The notes under the pieces: generated by a model
The model's database searches: none
What the model saw: only the letters and a program-made list of their open reading frames with translations
What the model was told of the DNA's origin: nothing
Made by a program: the position numbers and the translations under genes
Assembly: GCA_965217775.1 (NCBI GenBank)
Contig: CBDCJH010000002.1
Span: 288,001-352,000, forward strand
Direction of reading: 5' to 3'
DNA: 64,000 nucleotides
Source of the DNA: Acidobacteriota bacterium
GTDB lineage: Bacteria; Acidobacteriota; UBA6911; RPQK01; JAJDTT01
Shown here: in pieces, positions 19,108 to 28,891 of the stretch
How the letters are laid out: every line of letters starts with the position of its first letter
How positions within the stretch are numbered: position 1 is the stretch's first letter

Positions 19108-20322
19108 TCAGTTGGGTTCTCCACTCGCAGTGTTCCCGATCAGACCCAGTTTCTCCCATTCCTGCAACTGCTGTCTGATCGGTTCCACCATCTTCGGATT
19201 GCGATTCACCTGCAAGAACTGACGAAACTCACTGGCAGCCGCGGCAACATCCCCTTTCTTGACCATGATCATTCCAAGAAGGTAATGAGCCACGGGGTAG
19301 TTGGCGGCCTCACTACTCTGCCTTACATGACGAATTCTCTCTTCCGCCAATTCGAACTGTCCCAATGAAACACCCGCCACGGCGTTAAAGTAATAAGCTT
19401 GTGTCATATCGGGGCTGAGCTCGATGACTCGACTCGTAAGCTGGGCCACATCCTCCCACTCCTGTCTTCTCACCTGGATCTTGGCAAGCGTGAGATAGGG
19501 AGTGATGTAGTTCGGCTCCTCGGCCACCGAGCGCCGGAATGCCTCACGGGCTCCGGACCCATCCCGAAGCGCCAGTCGGACTTCCCCCAGAAGGTTCCAG
19601 GCCTCTGCAAACTGGGGATACCGTTGTACGGCTCGTTCCAGACTCCGTGCCGCCTTCGAATAGTCGGTCTTTTTTTTCCTGAGTTCTTTCACTGCCTTGT
19701 CAAAGGCTCGTCTCGCCTTTTTCGGAGCTTGCAGAGTGCTCCTGCTGACGACTGTCCCGTAACCGCTGTCGAGTCGATACAGAACGATCAGCCCCACGTC
19801 CGGATTGTCCAACGACTTGCGGACTCCCAGCGGAACGATTTCGGATCGAAACCCCGGCAAATTGGCTTGCAACTCGCACGTCGCCAGGTTGAGCGAATCA
19901 AAGCTCAACGGATGACCACCGCCAAAGTTCTGTTCCTTGGCGCTGATCTTTCTGGCATTGGAGCCGAAGAGATTGGACGGAGCTGTCGAAACACTGGCGT
20001 CCATGGAGGCTGTCGGAACAACCTGCCTTGAAGTTCCTATTTCGAAACTGAAAGCACCGCTGGCCGAGGTGTAGCTTTGCCGGTACACGGAGCCGTTGCA
20101 AACCAAGTCGACGAGAACTTGCTCGGTCGGCACGATTCCATCATCCGTAACGACTTTTCCCTGAATATAGACCGGTCTTTGGCGGCGACCCTGATCAATG
20201 GTCTGCCCCTCCCTGCGGAACTCAGGCGGTTTCTTTTCGGACGGTTCTCCCTGTTGCTGAGCTGCGCCAGACGCCACCAGGAAAGGGAGTAGGCAAACGG
20301 CAATAAGGGATATCTTGAGCAT
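19108..20322 (-). CDS. Secreted TPR protein with N-terminal carboxypeptidase-regulatory-like domain
   Basis: Signal peptide, IQGKVVTDDG, APKKARRAFDKA, YPQFAEAWNLLG and further TPRs. Confidence 0.75.
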   Translation of the reverse strand: MLKISLIAVCLLPFLVASGAAQQQGEPSEKKPPEFRREGQTIDQGRRQRPVYIQGKVVTDDGIVPTEQVLVDLVCNGSVYRQSYTSASGAFSFEIGTSRQVVPTASMDASVSTAPSNLFGSNARKISAKEQNFGGGHPLSFDSLNLATCELQANLPGFRSEIVPLGVRKSLDNPDVGLIVLYRLDSGYGTVVSRSTLQAPKKARRAFDKAVKELRKKKTDYSKAARSLERAVQRYPQFAEAWNLLGEVRLALRDGSGAREAFRRSVAEEPNYITPYLTLAKIQVRRQEWEDVAQLTSRVIELSPDMTQAYYFNAVAGVSLGQFELAEERIRHVRQSSEAANYPVAHYLLGMIMVKKGDVAAAASEFRQFLQVNRNPKMVEPIRQQLQEWEKLGLIGNTASGEPN

Positions 20323-20551
20323 CGACGACCTACCTTCGTGGATGTGCTTCAGAAGGCCAAGACCGTATCGCGCTAGTAGGATACTACTCCTCATGCCGCC
20401 ACGATGGGAAGGAGAAAATCGGAGAAACCACGGTGGGCAGAGGGTCAGGTCAAGCGGTATTGTCTGGGCGGTCCTTTGCCATTTGGGATACCAGTGACGG
20501 CCGACACCTGAAAGGTTTTAGGTCCGGCCATCGAATATTTTGGGAATTATA

Positions 20552-22210
20552 TAGTTCCCATCCGGAAAGCCGTAAGTTATTGGGAAATAAAGAGTAAGGA
20601 GGTATTTTCAAGCCCCGGTTTTGTCATAGTCATTTGTTATTCTATTGGTCCCAAACGCAAGAAACCAAAAGACTTACACAAAACCGAGGGCTTGAACAAT
20701 GCGTCGAAAACGGCAACCCCAGCGTCCGCTTTCCGGCCTCTGGCCCGATCACCGACTCGCCCAGGAACTGAGAGCCGTTTCCAAGATCTTGGACGACAAC
20801 CCTTCGATCCTGGAGCTGGTTCTACACGATCTGTGTGACACCGGCAGTTCCGGCCAGGGGGCTCCGGGATTCTCCGCAGAGCAGGTGCTGCGCTCGGCCA
20901 TCCTCAAAAACTGGCATCAGCTGTCCTACGCCAAGTTGGCGTTTCTCTTGAGCGACTCCCAAAGTTTTCGTCGCTTCGCCCGCCTGCCCTGGCACTGGTC
21001 CCCCAGCGCCTCCTGCCTCCAAGAGAACATCAGCCGCATCCAAGCCTCCACCTGGGGACAGATCAACCGGCTCCTGGTCGGTTGGGCCGACCGCCAGGGA
21101 CTGGAACGGGGCCGCAAGATTCGAGCCGATGCCACCGCGGTGGAAAGTCACATCCCCTATCCGACCGATTCCCAGTTGCTGTCCGACGCGATTCGGGTCA
21201 TCACTCGAACCCTTCGCCGGTTGTCCCGGCGTCACAAGATCGTTTTCCATGATCACCAGCTCCGGGCCAAGCGTCGCTGTATGAACATCCGAAACCACCG
21301 AGGGGCGCGGCGCCGGCGAGCGTACCGGGATCTGTTGAAGGTCGCTCGCAAGACCACTCATTACACCCGGATGGCGCTGCAGCAAGCTCACCTGTGGACG
21401 GATCCCCGCAGCCAGGTCAGGGCCGGGAAACTGCGCCATTACTTGGACTTGATGACGCGGATCATCGATCAGACCGAGCGCCGTGTCCTGCACGGGGAGT
21501 CGGTTCCGGCCCAGGAAAAGGTCCTCTCTCTGTTTGAGGAGCACACCGACATCATCAAGAAGAAACGGCGGGAAACGGTCTTCGGGCACAAGCTGTACCT
21601 GACCGGTGGCGTCTCCGGCCTGATTCTGGATTTCGAGGTCGTGCGGGGGAACCCCAACGATGCCGCTCAGTTCCAGCCCTGGCTCAAGCGTCAGTACGAC
21701 CTTTACGGCCGCTGGCCTCGACAGGCCAGCTTCGATGGGTGCTTCGCCTCCAAGGCCAACCTGCAGTGGGCGAAGGACCAGGGCATCCGGGACGTCGCCT
21801 TCGCCAAGAAACGCGGGTTGAAGGTTCGCAAGATGGTGCGCTCGAGTTGGGTCTACCGGCAACTGCGACGCTTTCGGGCCGGGATCGAAGGTTGCATCTC
21901 GATGCTCAAGCGAGTCTTCGGTCTCCGACGCTGCAACTGGAAAGGCTGGGCCCACTTTCAGCAGTACGTGGGCCTCTCGATCACCAGCTTCAACTTGCTG
22001 GTCCTGGCCCGCCTGCTGCTCTGAGCGCAGCCTTGTAATCGATTGCCAGACGGCGGCTTTCAGGGACCCGTGTGTCCAATAATCCGTGCCGCCCCCCAGA
22101 GGAGTCGACATTCTTGCTGCCGACCCCAGTCGGTCCCACTTTATTGCGGCTTCTACACCTTGCCTCACCCTATCCAATCCCTGAAAATCGGACTTTCCGG
22201 GTGAGAACTA
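20552..22210 (+). mobile_element. ISNCY/IS5-like insertion sequence
   Basis: TIRs TAGTTCCCATCCGGAAAG / CTTTCCGGGTGAGAACTA (16/18) around an intact transposase; ends could shift by 2 nt if TA is the target duplication. Confidence 0.75.
20699..22024 (+). CDS. ISNCY family DDE transposase
   Basis: IRADATAVESHIPYPTDSQLL, EKVLSLFEEHTDII, FGHKL, GNPND, SFDGCF, FRAGIEGCISMLKRVFGLRRC. Confidence 0.88.
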   Translation: MRRKRQPQRPLSGLWPDHRLAQELRAVSKILDDNPSILELVLHDLCDTGSSGQGAPGFSAEQVLRSAILKNWHQLSYAKLAFLLSDSQSFRRFARLPWHWSPSASCLQENISRIQASTWGQINRLLVGWADRQGLERGRKIRADATAVESHIPYPTDSQLLSDAIRVITRTLRRLSRRHKIVFHDHQLRAKRRCMNIRNHRGARRRRAYRDLLKVARKTTHYTRMALQQAHLWTDPRSQVRAGKLRHYLDLMTRIIDQTERRVLHGESVPAQEKVLSLFEEHTDIIKKKRRETVFGHKLYLTGGVSGLILDFEVVRGNPNDAAQFQPWLKRQYDLYGRWPRQASFDGCFASKANLQWAKDQGIRDVAFAKKRGLKVRKMVRSSWVYRQLRRFRAGIEGCISMLKRVFGLRRCNWKGWAHFQQYVGLSITSFNLLVLARLLL

Positions 22211-22454
22211 ACTAGTTCTTGGAATTGGGCTTCCATAGAATCAGTCTACTCGTCGGGGACCCACACTCTTAGCGGGCCAAAGTTTCCCGATTTTTGGAAA
22301 CATTCGACCCATTCCACTTGTCAAATCGTCTTACTCTCCTATTCTCAATCGCTTGCATTAATGACGCCCCGAAATTTGGTGAAACTCCTGGGGCAAAAGA
22401 GCCAAGCTGGCGATCTTGGCCGAACACATCGAGCAGGCGGCGAAACGCATCTAG

Positions 22455-23929
22455 CAGCCCGTGGCAAAAGGCCTGATTTCTCCGGCTATTGTTCTTTCTG
22501 CAAGCTGACGCGGAGATGGTTTATTGATGGGTCCGAGAAGCTAAAACTGCAAATCGAGCCGGATCGCCGCGCAAAAGCGCTCCCAGAGCCGATTCCAGCC
22601 GATCCAGTGGCCCATTTTCGCCGAAAAATGCGTAAAAAGCCGGCCCCGGATGCGGCCCTGGAGACTTCGAGGCGTACCCACCCCCGTCAGGTGGCGCATC
22701 AGCAATCCCAGATTGAATCCACACACATGGATCAGCAGTCGCTTGCGCACGTTCGCGTGGCCCCGGACGAAGATCCGACGCAACCCTCCCGTGCCGAACT
22801 GGTGCGCGAACGGTCGCTCCACCAACTCGCTCCGCTGCCGTTGCAACCGTCGCCCCCGCCTCCCCCGGATTCGTCTCCGAGCGCGCGTACACCGGCGCCT
22901 GGTACTTCCGGTTCTTCCCCTTCCAGTTCCGCCGGCCCCGATCCGTTTCCGACAGATACCCCCGCAGCCCCTGCTCCTTCAACCCCAGAACCGTCTCGTT
23001 GCTGTGGTAGCCCTTGTCGGCCACCACTTCCCGGACCTCCGCTCCCGACCCGACCGCATTCACCTCCTCTTTCGCCATCCGGAGCGTTCCACCCATCGTC
23101 TGAGTGTCCCCCAACTCCTCCGGCGCCGTCACCGCCACCACCGCCCCCGTCTCCAGGTCCACCGCCTCTTCCACCTTGTGTCCCAATCGGGTCCGCCCGT
23201 CCTTCAGCTTCGTGATCTTCGCGTCCGGATCGTGCGGATTCACCCATTCCTTGTTGCTCGTCTTCTTCTTGCGCTTGCGGTCGAATCGAACCAGTTCCTC
23301 CCGGGTCGGTGTCGGGACCCCCGAGGCTTCCGCCAATCCCCTCACGAACGTCTCATAGTCTTTCCCCGTGTCCCGGCGCACCAGGCTGCGCATCGCCGCG
23401 TTCGCTTCCAATGTCGTCGCGTCGATCCCGATCGTCTTCCCCTGCACCAGTCCCGCGTCCGACAACTGCTTCAGCACCCAGCGGAACACCTCCCCGTGTG
23501 TCTCCACGTCGATCCGCCGCCGCGTCCGCGACAAGGTGGAGTGATTCGGGGGCGTCTCCTCCGGATCCAAGTCCAGAAACGCCCGCACACTCATCGAATC
23601 CGCCACTCGCCACGCCATGGCCCGTTCCGAGTTCAGCCCTTCGAAGTACCCCACCAGCAGCATCCGGAAATACCGTCCGGGGCGCAGACTCGGCCGCCCG
23701 ATCCCGTCGGCGTAAAACCGCGCACACAGTCCTTCCACGAAGGCGTCGAACCCCACTGTCTCCAGCACTTTGTTCAATCGCTCGTAGAAGGGATGCCCCG
23801 GACTCCGAGGCAGTTTCTGGGTCGCGACCCACATCCCTCGCTGCCGCCCTCCAGACGGTTTCTTCCCCATGGCCATAATGTCATTTTATGTCAGAAATCT
23901 GACTTTTCCCGGACTTTTGCCACGGGCTG
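22455..23929 (-). mobile_element. IS1182-family element, copy 1 (1475 bp)
   Basis: TIRs CAGCCCGTGGCAAAAG / CTTTTGCCACGGGCTG, CTAG on both sides (22451-22454, 23930-23933). Confidence 0.88.
22541..23876 (-). pseudogene. IS1182-family transposase, frameshifted near 22880
   Basis: GRPSLRPG..FRMLLVGYFEG, IDATTLEANAA, DPDA, VADKGY in one frame; RSELVERPFAH...GGLRR in another frame. Confidence 0.8.
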
Positions 23930-24376
23930 CTAGGGGGATTCCCAATTTCCGTTTCTACGCGATTGCCGATGGGATCAAGCATTTCTTGTTTGGCCGGGCC
24001 ACTGGGGTCGGTCCGCCTCGACTCGATCCTTGCGCGAACCTGCTTCCCTTGTTCTCCTGGACCTCCAGAAAAATGGGGAAAGTCCGGCGACCCAGGTATT
24101 GACAACTTGGTACGAAGCAAGTAAGAATAACTGCACATTTGTGGTTACTGGCCACTATCCTCGGAGCCTCGTCGCAAATTGGCTAATATTCCTCCAAGAT
24201 ACCGCGCACGATCCCGGAAAATCCTTTTCTCCCAAAGAACCCATGGCGATCCGGGACGGACGGAGTTTGCAGGCTGCAGGATCTCGACTTATGCCAAATT
24301 GCAGGTTCTAGTTCATTTGCCATCAGCGACAAACATACATTGAACGCCGGATTAAAAAGGGTAAGGAGTACGGAAG

Positions 24377-24964
24377 ATGGGTGAAAATACACCAGCACGA
24401 CACAAGAGTAAGTTTTGGAATCAACCAATTGTCATCGGGATAACGGGCGCTATTGGAGGCGCACTGCTCACAAGTGTGATCGTCACAATTGTTACAGTAG
24501 TTACGTCGAAGGGCGAATTAGTGCTCACACACAGCGATATTGACGTCAAGGCATCTACAATCAAGAAACTTGTAGATGAACATGAAAAGGCAATTAAAAT
24601 ATTTGAAGAAACTGTACAAGCCGTGACGAAAGAGCTGGACGCTGCTCGCCGCCAGTTGTTAGAGCAGAGAGCTACTGGAAAAGCCACCCGCAATATGGAA
24701 GGCCAGCGGATTGGGAGGAATTTAATTTACATTAACCCGTACAGTGATGCTCGGCGCTTCGGGATTAATGAGACCGTCAACATCTCAAGTCAAGGAAAGA
24801 CCGTGCGTGCCGTGGTCGCAGGAACGATCGACAATGCAGCAGATCCGACCAATGTTTGCAAGTTGAATGTCGATACGGCCGAAGAGTTGGGTGTTACTAA
24901 ATCGGACGGGATTGCACTAGTGACGATCGGCCACGTTTTAAGCGAAAAACCGGACGAAAAATAA
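24377..24964 (+). CDS. Hypothetical membrane-anchored protein (TM + coiled coil + possible RlpA-like double-psi beta barrel)
   Basis: AT-richer ORF with AAGGAG RBS; one TM helix, heptad segment, C-terminal KTVRAVV...CKLNVDTAEELGV...GIALVTI resembling a DPBB pattern. Confidence 0.6.
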   Translation: MGENTPARHKSKFWNQPIVIGITGAIGGALLTSVIVTIVTVVTSKGELVLTHSDIDVKASTIKKLVDEHEKAIKIFEETVQAVTKELDAARRQLLEQRATGKATRNMEGQRIGRNLIYINPYSDARRFGINETVNISSQGKTVRAVVAGTIDNAADPTNVCKLNVDTAEELGVTKSDGIALVTIGHVLSEKPDEK

Positions 24965-25018
24965 ATTAGTGGCACCCTTATTTTGGGGATTATATGCGAA
25001 AGTGCCGAAACCTGAGCA

Positions 25019-25201
25019 TTAACGCCGGTTCCGTGGCCGGTCTATCCATCTGATATTCACGGGCTGGACCAATGCACGGGCCAGCTCCTCGAAGTCTGCT
25101 TCCACGCGCATATCCGGTTCCAGTTCGGCCTTGGTCGGTTGGTAGGAATCCTTGACCAGTTCGATGGTGGGATGTTGGGGATTGTGTCTGGGTTTCTTCA
25201 T
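25019..25201 (-). CDS. Small conserved IS1595-associated protein (ELVKxxYQPTKAE), 60 aa
   Basis: Clear homologue at 38055-38249; ATGA overlap with the upstream gene; ends just inside the TIR. Confidence 0.75.
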   Translation of the reverse strand: MKKPRHNPQHPTIELVKDSYQPTKAELEPDMRVEADFEELARALVQPVNIRWIDRPRNRR

Positions 25202-25700
25202 GCGGCCCTCGGCATCCTAGGTTGCTTCCCCTCAAAGGAGTCTTCCGGCGTGATTTGAATCTTGGGCAGGTCCATGAAGCGTCCGGCGTTGACGGCGGCA
25301 TTTCTCATGCCGTTGGTCACTCGGTCTCGAAAGCAGGTGAAGATGCCGAGATCAGCTCCGGCCTGTTGACGTGCGCCGTTGAAGGCTTGGACGTGTCCGG
25401 GATTGGTAGAGGCGCCTTTGACCTGAGAAACGATGTCAATGAACCGGCCCTGGCGGATCGGGAGCCGTCCCACGCCGTCAATTCCGCCATGCCGTCTCTA
25501 GATTCGGTTCGGCTCCATACCGTCCACCAGAGCAGCAGCCCACCTCTCAAACCGGAATTTATCGATGCTGGCAAGCTCCTGAGCGTGTGTGATGGTAGGG
25601 GGAAGGCCAATGTATTGGGTGTGTTCCCAACGGATTCGTCCGGGACATCCTCCCGCATGACTTCAAGGTTGTCTCCAAAGCTCAGTCGATTTTCGTTCAA
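25198..25700 (-). pseudogene. Internally deleted DNA methyltransferase / Mrr-like endonuclease fusion
   Basis: N-terminus MNENRLSFGDNLEVMREDVPDESV (amino-MTase start) joined out of frame to IGLP...AQELASIDKFRFERWAAALV...*..GGIDG...SQVKG (D...QxK Mrr-type motif) with an in-frame stop. Confidence 0.72.
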
Positions 25701-26648
25701 CCCACCAAATCCTTGTAACGCAGCCGCTTTCCCACCATCCGGTCAGCGACCAGGGCCATTTGATCCAACGTGTCCATGCGCCTTAGGTTGTGACGTGCGG
25801 CAAACTCTCCAACGTATCGGTCGCTGTGCTGTTCCGAGAAGTGGTGAAAGGTTCCGTGGTAACTCCGCTTCAACATGGACCAGAACGATTCGGCTCCGTT
25901 GGTGTGGCAGTGGCCTTTGACGTACTCCTGAAGAGAATGTCTGACCGTCTCGTGATTGACAAGCCGACCGTAAGAGGTTGAATCGTCCGTGTAGATCTTG
26001 GCATCTTCTCCCACGTGCTCCAAGACGAAACGGGAGAGGGTTTCAGACTTGGTGTCAGGGACGACTCGGGCCGACACTTGGTTGGAGGGGCGATCTTTGA
26101 CGGCAGCCACGGCCGTCTTTCCAACGGCTCCACGTCCCTCCAGTTTGGCGCGTTTGGCCTTCGGCATATTCTTCCGCTTTCCGCCGAGATACGCTTCGTC
26201 AGCCTCGACCGGGCCGGAGAACAGGGCCATTCCAGTCAGGTTCAGACCTTTCCGTATCCGGTGAGCAAGGTGCCAAGCCGTCTTCTGTGTGTACGTCCAG
26301 GTCACGATGCAGCTTCATGGAAGAAACGCTCTTGAGGCTGGTAGTAAGGAGGTAGGTCGCAAGCAACCAAGTCTGATAGCCGAGTTTGGAGGACTGCATA
26401 ACCGTCCCGACCCGGACGCTGAACCGCTTGCCGCAATCGCGGCAACGATACGGCATGGAAGGATGCTTGGCTCCGGTCTGGACGTTGGTGGAGCCGCAAT
26501 GGACGCAACAGACTTCCTCCGGCCACCGCCGCTTTATGAACCATTCCTCAGCGGCTTTATCGTCGGGAAATCTCTTGAAGAATCCGCGCAGTGAAAGTCC
26601 CTCTCGGAACGCCTTTCCGGGTGCCTTGTTCCGTGTCTCGTAACTCAT
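25697..26648 (-). pseudogene. IS1595-family (ISXO2-like) transposase, frameshift near 26290
   Basis: Zn ribbon CVHCGS..YRCRDCGKRFSV, SSMKLHRDL, then other frame TQKTAWHLAHRIR, VEADEAY, IYTDD, HTNGAESFWSMLKR, YVGEFAARHN. Confidence 0.85.
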
Positions 26649-26673
26649 TGCATCCTCCTGACTTACAAGACAT

Positions 26674-26702
26674 ATTCTATAGGAAAGTACCGGGGTTGTC
26701 AA
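26674..26702 (-). promoter_or_regulatory. Sigma70-type promoter of IS1595 element 1 operon
   Basis: Minus strand TTGACA-17 nt-TAGAAT, followed by AGGAGG RBS and ATG at 26648. Confidence 0.8.
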
Positions 26703-26757
26703 CCCCTACGGGCAACCTTTTCGGAACTTTCGTATATAATCCCCCTTATTTTCGATG

Positions 26758-26770
26758 GGGGATTACTAAC
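26758..26770 (+). repeat. Orphan IS1595-type terminal repeat GGGGATTACTAAC
   Basis: Identical to the first 13 nt of the TIR at 33834 and complementary to 38270-38282; immediately followed by the IS1380 insertion. Confidence 0.6.
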
Positions 26771-26775
26771 TTAAC

Positions 26776-28771
26776 CCCAGATTATTCATCACGCAAACAT
26801 AAAATGAGCAACCGTTCCCGCCATGTCGAGTCGGATCAGAGGGTTACAGGATACCCACAGAAAACAGCTGAGACCCGACCTGGGTGAAACGCTATCTTTG
26901 TTTTCAACGTCGGTTTAAACCCAGGATTCAAGTGGGTCCGAAACCCAAGCATTTCCACGGTTTGCGTCCCCTCCAAGGGCGGCAAGAAGAGGTGGCGTGC
27001 CCGTCATTTGTGGTATGATTATGGTGCTAAGAAACAACCACAAAGAACGGAGCACACCATGCCTGAGACGATACCGCAGATCCGGCCCTCATTCAACCGA
27101 TCCCTCCGCCTCGAGACCCGCCCCGAGTTGCTCAGTGCGGACACGGGAGCCCTGGTGCAGCGGGAGATGATGGATCGCAGCGGCCTCATCGATTGGTTGA
27201 CCGAGCGGTTGCACGATCCGCGACACCCGAGTTCGATCCGCTATCCGCTGTCGGATCTGCTGCGGACTCGACTCCTGCTGCTGGGGCAGGGCTGGCGCGA
27301 CCAGTCCGACGCCGACCGCCTGCGTCAGGATCCGAGCTTGCGGGTGGCGAGCCAGAGCCGTCGGGGCACGGCGGCCTTGGAGGAGGGCCACGGGCTGGCG
27401 TCACAGCCGACCTTGTCCCGACTGTTGGACACGCTCAGCCGGGAGGAGAACCTTCCGGTCCTGCACCAGGCGGTGACCGAGCTGGCGTGCCGTCGGATCG
27501 AGATGATCGAAGGCCGGCGGCGAAAACGGGGGAAAAAGACCCCACGGAAGAAGAGACGGAAAAAGACGATGTACCTGGACGTGGACGGTCTCCCGGTGGA
27601 GGTCCATGGGCATCCCCTGGGAAGCGAGTGGAACGGATACTATCGCCAGCGGATGTACCACGGGTTGGTGGCGAGTTGTGCCGAGACGGGGGACCTGATC
27701 GACGGGGAGATTTTTCCGGGAGCCAGCTACCTGGGAAAGAAGGCGCTGAAGTTGACGCTCCGGGTGGTGGACCACTGTCGGGGGCGTCTGTGCGGCTCAA
27801 TGATCGTGCGGATGGATGCGGGGTTCCCGGAGCCGGGGCTGCTGAAGGGGCTGGAGTCGAGAAGCGTGCCCTATATCGCTCGAATCCGCAAGAATGAGGT
27901 CCTGAACCGGATGGCGAAGCCCTACTTGACCCAACCGGCGGGGCGATCCCCGAAAGCACCGCCGAGGCTCTGGTTCCATGAGCTGACCTATCAGGCGGAG
28001 AGTTGGGATCGGGCGCGCCGGGTGGTGCTGGTGGTGCGGGAGCGACCGGGGGAGTTGTATCCGGATCATTTCTGGTTGCTGACGAGCCTGAGTCGGAAGC
28101 GATACGAGGCGGAAGCATTGCTGGCAAAGTATCGCAAGCGGGGGAAGGCGGAAGGGCACATGGGGGAGTTGATGGACGTGCTCGATCCGGCCTTGTCCTC
28201 CGCGAGCCGGCCCAAGACACACTATCGGGGCAAACCACTGAAGCCGGGAGCCAAGCCGGAAGCGACGACGGAGGCCGGGGTTCGACCCCACAACGAAGTC
28301 TTGTTCCTGCTGAATCTGCTGGGGTACGAGATCCTGCACCTGGGTCGGGTGCTGATGGAGCAGGCGACGCGTCGGGGCTGGAGTCTGCGTCGTTTTCGCG
28401 AGCGGGTGTTGCGAGTGGCGTCTCGGGCGTTGCGTCAGGGGAGGCGATTGATTTTCGTCATCAGTCAAGGGGCGACGGACTGGAAGCGGTTGTGGAAGAG
28501 CCTGGCGCGGGTGTCCTGGGCGCCGGGATAGTGGACGGAGGAGGAATCGGGCCCGTGGAAGGGACCGAAACGGTGGGAATTTCTCACCGGAAAGTCAACC
28601 TGTCGGCGGGTGACGGTCCCTCTGGCCGGAAAACGGTTTATGACAGGTTCAACAGTCCTGTTTTTGAGCCGATTCAGTCGAATCGACAGAGGTTCAACAG
28701 AAACCGGGCTCCGACTGCACGAAAACGCCGGGTTGGAAGCCCTTATCAACATGTCCCATGAATAATCTGGG
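26776..28771 (+). mobile_element. IS1380-family element
   Basis: Perfect 14-bp TIRs CCCAGATTATTCAT / ATGAATAATCTGGG and 5-bp target duplication TTAAC (26771-26775, 28772-28776). Confidence 0.92.
27059..28531 (+). CDS. IS1380-family transposase
   Basis: LSADTGAL, DADRLRQDP, LASQPTLSRL, LDVDG...VHG, VRMDAGF, YQAESWDRARRVV, YRKRGKAEGHMGELM. Confidence 0.9.
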   Translation: MPETIPQIRPSFNRSLRLETRPELLSADTGALVQREMMDRSGLIDWLTERLHDPRHPSSIRYPLSDLLRTRLLLLGQGWRDQSDADRLRQDPSLRVASQSRRGTAALEEGHGLASQPTLSRLLDTLSREENLPVLHQAVTELACRRIEMIEGRRRKRGKKTPRKKRRKKTMYLDVDGLPVEVHGHPLGSEWNGYYRQRMYHGLVASCAETGDLIDGEIFPGASYLGKKALKLTLRVVDHCRGRLCGSMIVRMDAGFPEPGLLKGLESRSVPYIARIRKNEVLNRMAKPYLTQPAGRSPKAPPRLWFHELTYQAESWDRARRVVLVVRERPGELYPDHFWLLTSLSRKRYEAEALLAKYRKRGKAEGHMGELMDVLDPALSSASRPKTHYRGKPLKPGAKPEATTEAGVRPHNEVLFLLNLLGYEILHLGRVLMEQATRRGWSLRRFRERVLRVASRALRQGRRLIFVISQGATDWKRLWKSLARVSWAPG

Positions 28772-28891
28772 TTAACTTGACAAACCGCATACTAACCCCA
28801 CCCCATTGGAGGTCCAATACTCCGACACTGTGCTCAGGATTTTCTTGAATCAGAAGGGATTGCCAAGACGGCAGACCTGCTGGGCATTTAG

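Larger units (their letters stand above)
24985..26744 (-). mobile_element. IS1595-family cargo-carrying element 1 (1760 bp)
   Basis: 26-bp TIRs GGGGATTATATGCGAAAGTGCCGAAA / TTTCGGAACTTTCGTATATAATCCCC (24/26) and perfect 8-bp target duplication CTTATTTT (24977-24984, 26745-26752). Confidence 0.92.

Noticed and set aside
22211-24376. Gene interrupted by IS1182 copy 1
   Set aside because: Joining the flanks across the CTAG site gave no recognisable coding sequence.
27510-27570. Basic run GRRRKRGKKTPRKKRRKK in the IS1380 transposase as a nuclear localisation signal
   Set aside because: Basic low-complexity loops are common in DNA-binding transposases; nothing else supports export to a host.
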